Assembly: GCF_006345805.1 (NCBI RefSeq)
Contig: NC_042998.1
Location: forward strand, 24,490,001 to 24,554,000
Length of the DNA stretch: 64,000 nucleotides
Direction: 5' to 3'
Source: Octopus sinensis
Taxonomy: Eukaryota
A model generated the notes under the pieces. That model made no database searches, was not told the origin of the DNA, and saw only the letters and a list, made by a program, of their open reading frames with translations. This document shows positions 49,912 to 64,000 of the stretch, piece after piece. The stretch's first letter is position 1; every line of letters starts with the position of its first letter. A program made the position numbers and the translations under genes.

Positions 49912-50420
49912 TACTCTTACTCTTTTACTCTTTTACTCGTTTCAGTCATTTGACTGTGGCCATGCTGGAGCACCACCTTTAGTCGAGCACATTGACCCCA
50001 GGACTTATTCTTTGTAAGCCTAGTACTTATTCTATTGGTCTCTTTTGTCGAACCACTAAGTTACAGGATGTAAGCACACTTGCATCGGTTGTCAAGTGAT
50101 GTTGGAGGGACAAATACAAACACACAAACATATACGCGCACATACATATACATATATACGACAGGCTTCTTTCAGTTTCCGTCTACTAAACTGAAAGAAG
50201 CCCATTGTATATATGTATATATAAGTGTGTCTGTGTTTGTCCCCCCAACATTGCTTGACGACCAATGCTGGTATGTTTATATCCCTGTAACTTAGCGGTT
50301 CGGCAAAAAAGACCGATAGAATAAGTACCAGGCTTACAAAGAATAAGTCCTGGGGTCAATTTGCTCGACTAAAGGTGGTGACCCAGCATGGCCGCAGTCA
50401 AATGACTGAAACAAGTGAAA
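49912..50420. mobile_element. Two SINE B bodies fused in inverted orientation with both heads missing
   Basis: Junction CTTCTTTCAGTTT-CCGTCTACT-AAACTGAAAGAAG at about 50166-50200. Confidence 0.88.
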
Positions 50421-50613
50421 GATAAAAGATAAAAGATGTATATGTGTAGAAAAATTTGTGATGTATTAGAGCTATATAAGATCGAAGGAATATAAATAAA
50501 ATGCTATAAAAGGTGACAGTATATAGGTAGAATTTACGAAAAAACAAAAGACAAAGATGGGTGTGTAAACAACAAACTGATGTATTAGCTTAATGCTCAG
50601 GAAGTGAGAAAGT

Positions 50614-50649
50614 CTTTTACATTTCGAGCCTATGCTCTTCGACAGAAAG
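50614..50649 (-). ncRNA. Hammerhead-like motif with a variant core
   Basis: rc reads CTTT-CTGTCGA-A-GAGC-atag-GCTC-GAAA-TGT-A-AAAG. Confidence 0.45.
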
Positions 50650-51452
50650 GAACACAGAAATTTACTATTTTGCTTGTGTGAATACTCAAAACTTATATGT
50701 GTACTCCCAGGGATTGCATGGAGCCTGGTTGAGAATGTCTGGTCTATATAGTTACTAGATATGCTAGAAATAGCAGCTGTATATCTTTCATATCACACTT
50801 TAAAAAATAGAAATAATATATTGCAACATGTGTTCTTAGATGAAATTTACTTGAAAAAAATATATATAAATATAAAATAAATATACATAAATATATATAA
50901 ATATAAAATAAATATAAAAATATGACAGATTGGCTACAGCTGGAGTGCCCTCAATTATAAAGGTTGATCTGAAGCTAAACAAAGACAGCAACAACACCAA
51001 CACCAATGACGAAGTAACGAAAACAATACTGTCCAAATCCATATTTTACCAATTTACAAATGATTGAAAGAAGAAGAAATATTTTATTCCAATAACTAAC
51101 TTATTTCACTAATTACTCCAACTACCGACACACGTCTTCACACACACAAATCCATGTAAAGATGTAAAATATTTAACAACATCATAAGCCAAGAATTAAG
51201 CAGTGTTTACTAATAACTCTAACGGCCATTGTATTCTAACTGTAATCAATGGAATTAATATAATGAAATATAAAGTTTGCCAACTGTTAGACATTTTGCT
51301 GTCTAATTGCAGGCTTTTCATATGTGGCTATATACTATGGTTATTTAATTTTGATAATCATTATTAGCATTACAAGAGTCTAATTATTTATTAATGAATT
51401 AATTATTCACTTTCACTAGGTGTATCTGTTGTATGAAAGAAATTACTGTTTG

Positions 51453-51487
<35 letters not shown>

Positions 51488-51569
51488 TACTTCACTTTCA
51501 TATAATACTGTCAATATTGAATCATTTGTATTTTGTTTATAAAAAAAACTATATATTACTGTATAAAGT

Positions 51570-51802
51570 TGCTGCTTCTACTACTACTATTACTATTAAT
51601 ACTACTACTACTAGCAGCAGCAACAGCACCAGCACCAGCACCAGTACCATCACCACCACCACCACCACCACCACCACCACCACTACCACTTCTACCACCA
51701 CCACCACCACCACCACTACCACCACCACTGCCACTACTACTACTACTACTACTAACAGCAGCAGCAGCAGCACCACCACCACTATTGCTGCTGCTGCTAC
51801 TA
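51570..51802. repeat. Compound trinucleotide tract (TAC/CAC/CAG)
   Basis: Source of the poly-T/P/L/V ORFs. No complex flanking peptide. Confidence 0.9.
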
Positions 51803-52027
51803 CATTACATAAGAGGATAGATGAAGTGCAAAATAAGGAAGAGAGCTAAGTACAAATGGTTTGGTGGAGGACTGCTACACAAGTGTGTGGAGAACCAAGT
51901 GTTTGTCAGTGGAGGTTGCCATTTCAGAATTTGCGACTCATTCCCCGAGTAAGTCTTACCAGAAGGAACAGAAAAGGAGCCTTCAAGAACAAAATAGAGG
52001 TGGCTGAGAAAACATTTTGATGTTTCT

Positions 52028-52441
52028 TATTTCTTTATTGCCCACAAGGGGCTAAACATAGAGGGGACAAACAAGGACAAACAAAAGGATTAAGTTGATT
52101 ACATCGACCCCAGTGCGTAACTGGTACTTAATTTATTGACCTGAAAGGATAAAAAGCAAAGTCGACCTTGGTGGAATTTGAACTCAGAACGTAGTGGCAG
52201 ACAAAATACCTATTTCTTTACTACCCACAAGGGGCTAAACACAGAGGGAACAAACAAGGACAGACATAGGTATTAAGTCGATTACATCGACCCCAGTGCG
52301 TAACTGGTACTTAATTTATCGACCCCGAAAGGATGAAAGGCAAAGTCGACCTCGGTGGAATTTGAACTCAGAACGTAACGGTAGACGAAATACCGCTAAG
52401 CATTTCGCCCGGTGTGCTAACGATTCTGCCAGCTCACCGCC
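52028..52441 (-). mobile_element. SINE family A, one head with two bodies, 11-bp TSD
   Basis: TTTTGATGTTT on both flanks. Internal junction AAATACC|TATTTC. Confidence 0.9.
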
Positions 52442-52758
52442 TTTTTGATGTTTGAAGCATTTTGATATATCTCTGGTTGCAAAGAGGTAATTGGTATGGT
52501 TAGCAGAATGCCATTTTGACATTGTTCTAGGACTGATCAACCTAGGTTGGTCACAATTTGATGAGGGTGTGTGTTGTAAAACATGAAGCACCGAATGATT
52601 CCAGGCTACGACTCTGATGATGTGTTCAAGGGCTGCATCGGTAGGTGTATGTAGAATAGAACTACGAAAATATATTTCTGATTTCTGTAGTGTTCTGCAT
52701 AAACATATACATTGTGCTGTCTACTGCGATGATGGTCTGATCTATGACTGTTTTGTGT

Positions 52759-53182
52759 ACTCTTTTACTCTTTTACTTGTTTCAGTCATGTGACTGTGGC
52801 CATGCTGGAGCACTGCCTTTAGTCGAGCAAATCAACCGCAGGACTTATTCTTTGTAAGCCTAGTACTTATTCAATCGGTCTATTTTGTCAAACTGCTAAG
52901 TTACGGGGACGTAAACACACCACTGTCGGTTGTCAAGCGATGTTGAGGGGACAAATACAGACACACACATACATACATATGTATATATATATATATATAT
53001 ATACATGTACATATATATACCAGGCTTCTTTCAGTTTCCGTCTACCAAATCCACTCACAAGGCTTTGGTCGGCCCGGGGCTATAGTAGAAGTCATTTGCC
53101 TAAAATGCTATACAGTGGGACTGAACCCAGAGCCATGTGGTTTGTAAGCGAGCTACTTACCACACAGCCACTCCTATGCCTA
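52759..53182 (-). mobile_element. SINE family B
   Basis: Full length. Confidence 0.9.
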
Positions 53183-53719
53183 TAGGAGATGAGTGTTTTA
53201 TGCTATTGACTGGGGTGGGGGGAGGCCAAGTGTGTCTTCTCTGAGGAAAAGTCAACAAGGTGAGGAGTCAGTTGACTTCAAACTTCTTTTTTCCACACAT
53301 TAAAAGCATAGAAGAAAGGTGCTTATATTCTTACATTTCTCTCAGAGCTAGGCTTACTAATATTTAAATATATCTGAGTCTTTGTAATTCACACTGCTTC
53401 ATGTCCTGAGTTCAAATTTCACTGAAGTCAACTATGCTTTTCATCCTCTCAGGGGTTAACAAATTAAGTACCAGTTGAGCATTGGTGTTGATGTAATTAA
53501 CCTAGATCCTTCCCCAAAACTGCTGGCCTTGTGCGAAAATTTGAAACCAATATTTTTATTTTCTGTTCTATGTCGTGTGTTTATCTTGGCTCAAATAATA
53601 GATCACATTATCTTTGCTTCACTTTAAATTATTGAGAAACCAAAAACTATTGCATAAAGAAATCTCAAGTTCAAGTCAGAAGTGTATAAAATGTTATATA
53701 TATTAATATAAGTTATTAT

Positions 53720-54020
53720 TCTATTGTGTCTGGGGAGAATAGTTTTCTTTTTGTGCCTTATTATGTAACACACTCACCGGTAAAATTTCCACGTTTTTCT
53801 TATTTTTATTTTCCTAAAATTTTCGTTGCATCTTGCATACTTTTCAATAGTTTTGAAATTTTTAGGACAATAAAAATAAGAAAAAATGTGGAAATTTTAC
53901 CGGTGTGTGGGTTACATAATAAGGTACAAAAAGAAAATGACTATCCCCAGAATCATTAGAATATGCTTCAACACACGAACTCATATAAAGAATCTTGCAA
54001 ACCAAATCCCAAAACGAAAT
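53720..54020. repeat. P1-family inverted pair
   Basis: 53728-53815 mirrors 53856-53950, with one rc copy of the GTTGC/GCAAC hairpin between them. Confidence 0.8.
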
Positions 54021-54274
54021 ATGTTAATATATTTGAGATAAACAGTGATTATATAACCTGAACCACAGTTTAATGTGGTTGATTAACCATACATGTCAGA
54101 AGGTTTCATAGTAATAACATGTCTCTAAGTTCTGTAAACATTGTAGATTATTGATAAACATTTGCTTACAACTGTCCAGATGTATTATATTGCACACCAC
54201 AGCAGAAGCTAAGCTAAAAATTTGTATTGTTTATCATTAGATATTCCTTATTAAACATATGGTGTGTAGTGCAT

Positions 54275-54492
<218 letters not shown>

Positions 54493-54722
54493 TCAGCCGA
54501 AGTTGCGAAGATGATCCGGTTCTTGACTGAAGATTGAAGGCTTCGAATGTCCCGTCCGTGTTTTTTGTGTCGTCTTCTAAATGTTTCACGTTCTTGTCCC
54601 AGTTTGAATTTTTTACTTTTACACACACATATAATATATATATATATATTTGTATATATGTGTAATATATTATATATGTTTTATATATATATATCTGTCA
54701 TATATGCGTTATGGTTCATATA

Positions 54723-55712
54723 TTGAGTTGGCAACTAAGTTCCCGCCGTTTTTAAAAATTTTGGAATTTATTGCGTTTTTAAATTTTGGAATCTATTTTT
54801 TTCATGAATTCTATTTTTGAATCATTTTGAAATGTATTTTGTATTTTTTCTAGTTAATTTTAGTTTATTTTTGTTTATTTTCAGGTTATTAAAATGCAAT
54901 GTCAGGTTAAGAAAAATAAGTACTTTCGACACCTCCTTCTTTTTGCTTTGAATCAAGGCCGCAAAAGCTGCTCGTGATATTTGTGCTGTGTATGGAGAGG
55001 GTGCCATTACTGAAAGAACCGCTCATGATTGGTATGTCAAGTTCAAAAATGGAAATTTTGACCTCAAAAGCACGCCTTCTTCTGGCCATCTAGTTGAGTT
55101 CGAGGAAGAGCGATTAAACCAACTTCTCATCAAACGACAAGGAAACTGGCAGGGAAAATGGAATGCTACCACACTGCTATAGAGAAGCATCTTCACTCGA
55201 TAGGAAATGTTCCGCATGCTTTAAGTGACAACAAAAATCAATGAGACACAATCTCTACTGGTTTGCTTGCTCATCACCGCTCAACTCATGGACACAAGCG
55301 ATGATTTCTTTACTGAATCGTTACTGGTGACAAAAAAAAAAAATGGTGCCTGTACATCAATATGAAGCAGCATAAGGAATGGCTTAGCTCCCGTAAACAA
55401 GCGACACCGCGCGCGAAACAAGCTCTTCATCCGCGTAAAACGATGTTGTGCGTATGGTGGGACTGGGAAGGGATTATCCATTTCGAATTGCTTGAGTGGA
55501 ACCAAACGGCCAATGCGGAACTCTATGTTCAACAGATGGAATGACTCAACACGACTATTCAAGAGAAAAGCCCTAATCGTCAGGATGGAGTTCTTTTTCT
55601 GCACGACAACGCCCGCCCTCGTATTGCCAATATGACCAAAGAAGTCATTCGAACGCAATACTGGAAAGTGCTGCCACACCCGCCATACTTTCCTGATTTG
55701 GCACCAACAGAT
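54723..55712 (+). mobile_element. Mariner transposon with 5' TIR and decayed transposase, 3'-truncated
   Basis: TA|TTGAGTTGGCAACTAAGT TIR, ATG at 54894, CAVYGEGAITERTAHDW, KTMLCVWWDWEGIIHFELL, LHDNARP and HPPYFPDLAPTD. Confidence 0.9.
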
Positions 55713-56040
55713 TATATTAATATAAATTTTGGAGATTACCGATTTTGATATTGTCAATTTAAATATATCGTCACGAAACGCGCGTAGTCGATTTAATGAG
55801 TATTATTTAGTATAGTAATTGTTAGTACAATATTAATAATATAGTTAAAATTAAATTTTATTCTTGATAATATCTTTCACTATTAATTGAATTAATTTGA
55901 TGGCGGTTCTATCTCTTAATTCTTTATATATATGATATATCGTGAAACTTGATTTAGTTTTACTAAATTGAGTTTGTTTTCCCCTGTTGTCTTGTAATTT
56001 TATATTCCTTACTATTAATAATTATATATATATACAAACT

Positions 56041-56316
56041 CTATCTATCTATCCGCTCAGTCGAAGTCGACTCTCGGTTATTCTATGGATCAGTGTCCTC
56101 CAGTCAGTTCTATCCTGGGCCGCTTCTTTCAGACTGGCTATGTCCATTCCGGTATCACTCTTGATGGCCTCTTCCTCTCTTGCCACTGACTATTCCGAGC
56201 ATGATATCCTTCCCCAGGGATTTTCTCCTCATAATATGACCAAAATATGCCAATCTATGCTTGGTGATCCTAGCTTCTAGTGACATTTTCGGCCTGATCT
56301 GCTTAAGAACTTCTCC
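56041..56316 (-). pseudogene. RTE/BovB-type LINE 3' end
   Basis: SLEARITKHRLAYFGHIMRRKSLGKDIMLGIVSGKR, followed by a short (ATAG) tail. Confidence 0.85.
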
Positions 56317-56361
56317 ATTGTAAAATTTTGTGTGTGTGTATGTGTATATATATATATATAA

Positions 56362-56394
<33 letters not shown>

Positions 56395-56401
56395 TATACA
56401 T

Positions 56402-56451
<50 letters not shown>

Positions 56452-57217
56452 AAAAAATGAAGTTCGAAAATGCTGCTGTATTATACAATTTTTAATTTTT
56501 ATATATACATTATAACATGTTTCAGTTCCTGAAATGAACCTTATCAAAAAAAGTTATATATATATTATATATATATACATATATACATACATACATACAC
56601 ACACACAAAAGTTTACATTTTTCGCTTCCGATACTCTAGTAGTTATAAATTTTACATTTTAAAATAATCTTTCAATAAAATTAATATTCCAAAACATCAA
56701 AACTAAGAGGCCAACACCTCTCCGAATCATCATAATCCTTTTCAATTAAATTCACATCGAAATCCACATTTATAGCTGATAGCGTATTTCCAATTGGACG
56801 TATCCATTTCAATAAACTCTACATCTATAACACGTTTCAGAAAAACCAATACCTGCCACAGTAAGAGAGTAAACTCGATTCGTCACAGTAAAACCTATGT
56901 CTAAAATACATTCCAAAACAATCACATGCCAATGAAAGTAAACGAAATGACATCGTATTGCATTAAAAAACATCAGAGAACCGCTAAAAACAAACCATTT
57001 TATTGCCTCAAAGCCAAGGAAGAGCTCTGTTGTTCAGTAAAAAAAATACGTCACACCTTTACACAATCAGTTCTTCCCACTTTTTGTGATTTCTGTTTCT
57101 TTTTCCCTGAGTGATTGACATGAAAATAGGTATATATTAGACAGGTGGACGGCTTTGCTTTTATTTTACTGCTTGGAACTACTTCAAAGAAGTGAAACGA
57201 GTGTACACTAATTGCCG

Positions 57218-57293
<76 letters not shown>

Positions 57294-57809
57294 ATATATA
57301 TATATCTATATATATATATATATATATATATCTGTTTGTCTATCACTTTCCCAATTAAACATACACGCATTAAATGCATATACATATACTACACATACAA
57401 ACACATGTAGACATACATAGATTCACACACACATATATGCACACACGTACTCACACACACACACACACGTAGACATATAAATATATATTCACACATATTA
57501 ACACCGCGTATACGCACATACATTATATGTTATATACGTGCATATATGTATGTTTGCATTCTAAAGAATTGTTTGTACATTCTAAACCATGAGAAGCAGC
57601 TCTGAATTAAATAAAAATTGGATTAAAAAAGTATAACTAAATCTTAACAATACTATATACTTCTCGATCCAATTTTTCTTTAGCTCAAAAAACAACTATA
57701 CGTTACAGACCACGTTTATATGGTGCTGATTGTACTCCACACATATGATGGAGCCAAGTATATAATCAATACTTAAGAATACAGAACTCAGAGTCTTATT
57801 TCCTTATAA

Positions 57810-58020
57810 ATTATGTATGTATGTATGTATGTATGTATGTATGTATGTATGTATGTATGTATGTATGTATGTGTGTATGTATGTATGTATGTATGTGTAT
57901 GTGTGTATGTATGTATGTATGTATGTATGTATGTATGTATGTATGTATGTATGTATGTATGTATGTATGTATGTATGCATGCATGTATGGATGGATGTAT
58001 GGATGGATGGATGGATGATT
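57810..58020. repeat. (TATG)n grading into (GATG)n
   Basis: Direct reading. Confidence 0.92.
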
Positions 58021-58339
58021 TTATAACACAAGAAGATGAAATGAATGAGCTTTAATCCAAGTCACAACAATTGTTTCCGTGCATTAGCGTCAGCTGTTGA
58101 CTGCTGAGTTTTCCATATTATATATATGTTTTAAATATTATATAGACATGATCCAGCCAATAGCACGTCGTCAGGTGAGTGGGCTTGAGAGCACTATACA
58201 TATAGTATGTAAAATATACACACACGCACAGGTATGAATGCGCATGCATACATATGTGTAGACCTAGGAACAAAAAGTAGCCAAATTAAGTTTTAATCAG
58301 TTTATGTAATATTTTGTTTAAAAATCTATAAGTACAAGC

Positions 58340-59400
58340 CAACATACAGAAATACCTCTATAAATCTTTGTGGAATATCATGAGTCTTCACTTCACTTTA
58401 TTTAATTATTTTGTTGCCTTCGCTGTATTGGCAGAAGCATTGTCTTATTGAAAAATGATTTCTTTGTTGTCTTTTAGTCCAAGAAGTAACTTTTACAGTT
58501 TGGGAAATAACTGGTTTTGTAATTCTTTGTGTATTCAAAAGCCGTAATTGAATGTCCGTATCTTACATGCTTTCCAACACCTGCAGGTGAAAATATATCC
58601 CATACTTTGATTTCAACTCCCCCCCGCCCCACCACCACCACCACCACCACCTGATTCACAGTTTTTGAAATGCAGCCAAAGTAGAATATCTCACCCGGTC
58701 TGCATAGATAACATTCTGGGTTATTCCTTCCTGCTTAATAAATAAAAATAAATGCGCCCTTTTAAAGCCTAGCCAGGCTCATGGGCTCGGTTTCCCAGTT
58801 TCTATGGCGTATGTGTCCCCCAGCTGGACGGGACGCCAGTCCATCGCAGCGTTACTCATTTTTGCCAGCTGAGTGAACTATAGCAACGTGAAATGAAGTG
58901 TTTTGCTCAAGAACACAACGAATCGCCCGGTCCAGGAATCGAAACCACAATCTTACGATCTTGATGCTGACACCTTAACCACTAAGCCACGCGCCTCCAC
59001 TTCCTGCTTAATAACTTTTTGTAATAATCCTTCTGGAAGCAATTTTGCTGCTTGCAGTCCCAGACTTTCTTGGCAGTTGCTGTAGGCTTTTCTTTCTTTC
59101 TTGAAGAACTAAGAATTTCACTCTACTTTCATCCGTACTTGTAATAGTTCTAAGCCCGACAAATCCTTTCTTTACTGTAAAAACCAATATTCTGGCAGTG
59201 TGAACATATACCCTTTGTAGTAGGTAGAGAAGTTAGAACTACCTTATTTTCAGTATTTTGTGGGGTTTGGAATACGTTGTGGCCCACCTCACAAAGAATA
59301 GCAATTTCTTTTTTTTTATATCCACTTGAACACGTAAATTACCATTTTTCTGAAGAAAAAGCATGACTTAATCTATCCATCGGTATAACAAGAACAATTT
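58340..59400 (-). pseudogene. Decayed Tc1-like transposase interrupted by a SINE
   Basis: TVN...GGVEIKVWDIFSPAGVG (cf. TVKHGGGSVMVWGCF) and FQ*DNASANTAKAT. The frame continues across the SINE. Confidence 0.55.
58741..59000 (-). mobile_element. tRNA-derived SINE (family D-like, V-domain-like core) with TSD
   Basis: rc head GGAGGCGCGTGGCTTAGTGGTTAAGG...GGTTTCGATTCC and core TGGACTGGCGTCCCGTCCAG. TSD TTCCTGCTTAATA at 58728-58740 and 59001-59013. Confidence 0.85.
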
Positions 59401-61029
59401 ACATACAATTTTTGATTTAAGTATTGAAGGAGATTTCTTTGACTCTTTCATTTAGAAGAAACCTTCACGTACGCTTGTTGATATTTATAAATTATTTCAA
59501 AACTTTTTATTATAAGGAATTCAAAGCAATCTCATCACCTACCTTCATTCATTTTCTATAGGTTGTATTCTTTTGTTTTTCCTCAAATACTGCTCTTTAA
59601 AGATCAGATAAAACACGTTTTCCTCCTAAAATGCTTTTACCGGTGTGTGTGGATGAAGTTTTGCAGCTTTTCGAACAAATAATTTATTCAAATTGCAATA
59701 TCCTTCACTTTAACACATCAAATTTACGCAAACATGTTTGGCAAATTTTTCTTCGCGTAGATTTTTCCAAACTACAGAGCAAATAATATTGCGCTCGCAC
59801 TTTTTATTTTGTTTTATATTGCATTAAATGATAGTGTATAGTGCTGCCCAAGAAAAAAAAGCTCATATCTCTCTCATAACACTATGGCGACTAAATAATT
59901 AAAGTACGATAGATTTTAAATTGCTGTATTAAATGGTTTAATTTACCAAACCATATTCTACAGTTTCTGGATTTAGCAATATACACACAACCTGTTAAAT
60001 TCGAGGAACGATCTACTTTCACAATATCGTTATCAGAACAAGTTTATCCAAAGCAAATTTATCCTGCTTACACGTTGAATACATAACGACTTTACAGATG
60101 AAATTTCTGCGAATTTCTTTGTCTTTAAAAAAGAACTCTTAATATGTATCGTTTTTGGAAGGCCTTGAAGCTCTGTAGACATCCAATGCCAGTGCAGCAC
60201 ATTTCAGTTCTGTTTAGAGTTTCGTCAGCAGCTACACACATTCATTAACTATTTACCAACGCACTGCTTATAAACTCACTGATATTAATGGTTTCAGTAA
60301 AGTGGATAAATCATTTTGTATATTTAACACTTTGTGGTATCTTGAATATTAAATTACTAATGTGTTAACTGTTTGCTTCTTTTCTTCCTTATATTTTTTA
60401 GCATATCTATAAAATTTTTTGCCAACGCTATCTGTTATGATGACTGTCAACATTACATTAATACACACTGTAAGTTCGTCGACAGAAAAAGGAAGGAACA
60501 GTGGTGTATGCTGCACGTATCAACTCTGTCATTTCGTTAGCAGCTGTGCTACCTGTTTAACTGTCCACAGCTACACTGCTTGCAAATCTACTGCTATTTA
60601 GTGGATAAAGTAATAATCAAGGAAGATGAACCGCTACTGACAAATCTCAAATGTGCAGCAGGTCCTTTTCTTTTCTTTGTCTGCCCGCGATCATCGTGTA
60701 CACAGTCATAAGGTTTTGGTTTATCGTAACATACTTTCGGCTAAAAATCTTTAGATATGGCTTATAGTCCGTTCTAGCCAGGAAACGAAACACTGTCCTT
60801 AGTAATTATAAATATTAACCCAACCTCACACACATACACGCACACACACAAGCTTGTTCTTAGACATTAGCAGGATACTACTGAATTAGCAATGTCTCAA
60901 TGTCATGAGTGAGACGAAAATACAACGAGAGTTATACTAAAAGTAATGCAAAAGATGGCGCAACAATTTTATCGACTAACATACGTAATTGTGTAATTGT
61001 GCACGACGATAGAGTAATAAAATTAAATC

Positions 61030-62040
61030 TACCCGATGCACTTTGCATCACAAGCGATGCATTTGCGTCAATGTTAAAGCCAGTTCTCAGACCCTCTTTG
61101 AAGAACTTGAGGTGTGCACGGTCATACTCACTGCTTCACAACCTCTTTCATCACTTCTATGTCTTCAAATCTTTGTTTTCGAAGACTGTTCTTCATTGAA
61201 TTAAACAGATGGGAGTCGAAAAACCTCAGATCCGGACTGTACGATAAATGGGTTACCACCGACAGCCAATTTGCTGATTGCTTGATTTATTGCCAAAGGT
61301 GTGCGTCTGGTCACACATTGTCATGGTGAATGTGAATCGATGTCAGTCTTGTTCAGTTTCTTCCTTCTAATAACTTCGCTAAGCTTTTTGAGTGTCTCAG
61401 TCTACCATCCAGGGTTCACGATACAGCCACGTTGTAAATCAAGTTGAATGACTCAAATGTTATCCCCCCCCCCCACCAGACAGTCATCATGACTTTCTGT
61501 ATTGATTGATGAGTCTTGAAATGCTTAGGTTTTGGAGAGATCTGACACCATTCCATGGGCTGAGCCTTCCTTTCCAGATGATTAAGATACGGATCACGTT
61601 TCATCCCCCTGTCACAAAATCGAAACAAAAACGTATCTTCATTGTTGATACAACCATTTCCAACAGATCAGGCTTCTGTTCACAAATCGAGCAGCATTTG
61701 TCGAGGTACCCACATTATACACACTTTCCCATAGCCAGTCCCCTAATCGTTTCTGTAAAGCTTATGATTACAGTCTAGTTGTTCTGCAAACCCCAGACTC
61801 GTCTGTGCACATGAGTCATTTCAGCCACTCGCTGGCGATTCGAGTTAGTCATCGTAGTTGATGGTCTTTGAATTCATGGTTTCTATTCACTGAGCCTTGA
61901 AATTTCCTAATCCACCCGTGCACATTACTCTTGTCAGTGGTGCTATCTCTGGAAACAATGTATTGTCTTCTGTGCTTGTTAAAAAAACCTGTACTACTCC
62001 TTCGTCAAGGATTCATCGATGTTATGTTACTGCCTGCAAA
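61030..62040 (-). pseudogene. Decayed mariner transposase
   Basis: AQPMEWCQISPKPKHFKTHQSIQKVMMTVWW (cf. SMEW...SPRPKKFK...KVMLTVFWD), with further fragments on both sides. Confidence 0.7.
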
Positions 62041-62045
62041 TGTTA

Positions 62046-62454
62046 TATTATTGCCCACAAAGGGTTAAACATAGAGGGGACAAACAAGGACAGACAAACG
62101 GATTAAGTCGATTACATCGACCCCAGTGCGTAACTGGTACTTAGTTTATCGACCCCGAAAGGATGAAAGGCAAAGTCGACCTCGGCGGAATTTGAACTCA
62201 GAACGTAACGGCAGGCGAAATACCTATTTCTTTACTACCCACAAGGGGCTAAACACAGAAGGAACAAACAAGGACAGACAAACGGATTAAGTCGATTATA
62301 TCGACCCCAGTGCGTAACAGGTACTTAATTTATCGACGCCGAAAGGATGAAAGGCAAAGTCGACCTCGGCGGAATTTGAACTCAGAACGTAGCGGCAGGC
62401 GAAATACCGCTAAGCGTTTTGCCCAGCGTGCTAACGATTCTGCCAGCTCGCCGC
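62046..62454 (-). mobile_element. SINE family A, one head with two bodies
   Basis: Junction GAAATACC|TATTTC near 62222. Confidence 0.9.
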
Positions 62455-63229
62455 AGAAGGGTGGCGTCACCTCTCATATAAAAGGATTTTGCCAATGTGG
62501 CATTAATTTTGGCAGGAAAAAGTAAAGTCAGACACTACTTTCTGAACGCATCTCGTACATTTCAGCTATAACAGTTCGTTTTATCTGAAAACCATAAACA
62601 TTTGGTCGAATCTAAAGAATTACAAAGGGTTTCGTGCAAAGGGCAGATGTTAAATGAATACAATATCAAATTGTTTCAAAGGTTTCATGATGAAATATTA
62701 AATTGTTGTGGGGAGCTGTCATTGAGAGTATAGTTCATAGTATCCAAAATCCGTATAGATATTTGATGTTCGTTAAATTACCATCATAACATGGCACATT
62801 TGTTCAATTTCTTCAATTTCTTATGCATTTGGAATATAATCAATTTCCCGGCTAATGGTAGCATGTAAGAAAAATTGAACATCACCTCATTAACTCTTTA
62901 AAATGACCTGGTATTAGATTTTCGTTAAATTTGATCATAATATGCAACTTACCTTCTAATTCTTCTAGTTCTTCCAAGTACTTACTGATTTTGGCTAAGA
63001 TAAACTGCATCAGTTAAATGATAGGTCTGGAACACATGTATATTCTGCCATTATATCTATTTTCGTCACAGTGATGATATTGTTAATTCAGTAGAAAGAT
63101 TCTAATATTTGAGAGCCAGTTATTTAAATTTTGAATGTTTGTTCTTTAAACTTTTACAGACCTATGTTAAGTCCTCTCTGTCCTTCCTCCACCTCTCTCT
63201 CTCTATATATATATGTATGTATATATATA

Positions 63230-63287
<58 letters not shown>

Positions 63288-63387
63288 TTTATACTCACGC
63301 GCATACAGACACGTGTATACACAGTGAGTGAGAGAGAGAGATGGAGGAGGTAAGACAAGTTAGAATTTACACACACATACACATATA

Positions 63388-63417
<30 letters not shown>

Positions 63418-63420
<3 letters not shown>

Positions 63421-63770
63421 TTCTTTACTACCCACAAGAGGCTAAACATAGAAGGAACAAACAAGGACAGACAAAGGGATTAAGTCGATTACATCGACCC
63501 AGTGCGAAACTGGTACTTTATTTATCGACCCCGAGAGGATGAAAGGCAAAGTCGACCTCGACGGAATTTGAACTCAGAACGTAATGACAGACGAAATACC
63601 TATTTCTTTACTACCCACAAGGGGCTAAACAGAGGGGACAAACAAGGACAGACAAACGTATTAAGTCGATTATATCGACCCCAGTGTGTAACTAGTACTT
63701 ATTTAATCGACCCCGAAATACCGCTAAGCATTTCGTCCGGCGCGCTAACGTTTCTGCCTGCTCCCTGCCT
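63418..63770 (-). mobile_element. SINE family A, one head with two bodies (partly deleted)
   Basis: Junction GAAATACC|TATTTC near 63600. Confidence 0.88.
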
Positions 63771-63771
63771 C

Positions 63772-63829
<58 letters not shown>

Positions 63830-63887
63830 ATATATATGTATGTATATATGTGCATATATGTATTATATATTATATATATATATATAT

Positions 63888-63979
<92 letters not shown>

Positions 63980-64000
63980 TATACCAGGTTGAGTCGAAGG

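Noticed and set aside
51517-51849. Poly-Thr / poly-Pro ORFs resembling mucin or formin segments
   Set aside because: Trinucleotide microsatellite open in several frames, with no complex flanking peptide or clear splice context.

Overview
AT-rich, repeat-saturated animal DNA, most likely cephalopod (octopus-like). That assignment is inferred from the SINE families and the extreme (TA)n/(CATA)n/(ATCT)n density and was not checked against a database. No intact protein-coding gene is evident, and most listed ORFs are microsatellite or SINE read-throughs. The window holds four tRNA/LINE-related SINE families (about 45 copies or fragments), at least six decayed Tc1/mariner transposases, Penelope-like (PLE) and RTE LINE relics, non-autonomous Helitrons, several MITEs, a modular tandem array (27.6-29.6 kb) and a 973-bp tandem duplication. 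The most notable signal is a set of type I hammerhead ribozyme (HHR) motifs: one with a canonical core and all stems intact at 8328-8413, two more with canonical cores at 20896-20985 and 38023-38080, and several core-variant or decayed ones. Many sit in long palindromes (18.5-23.5, 36.1-37.2, 39.7-41.5 and 53.7 kb) and read outward from the palindrome centre, next to a PLE ORF relic and (TA)n tracts. All structures were paired by eye; none has been tested.
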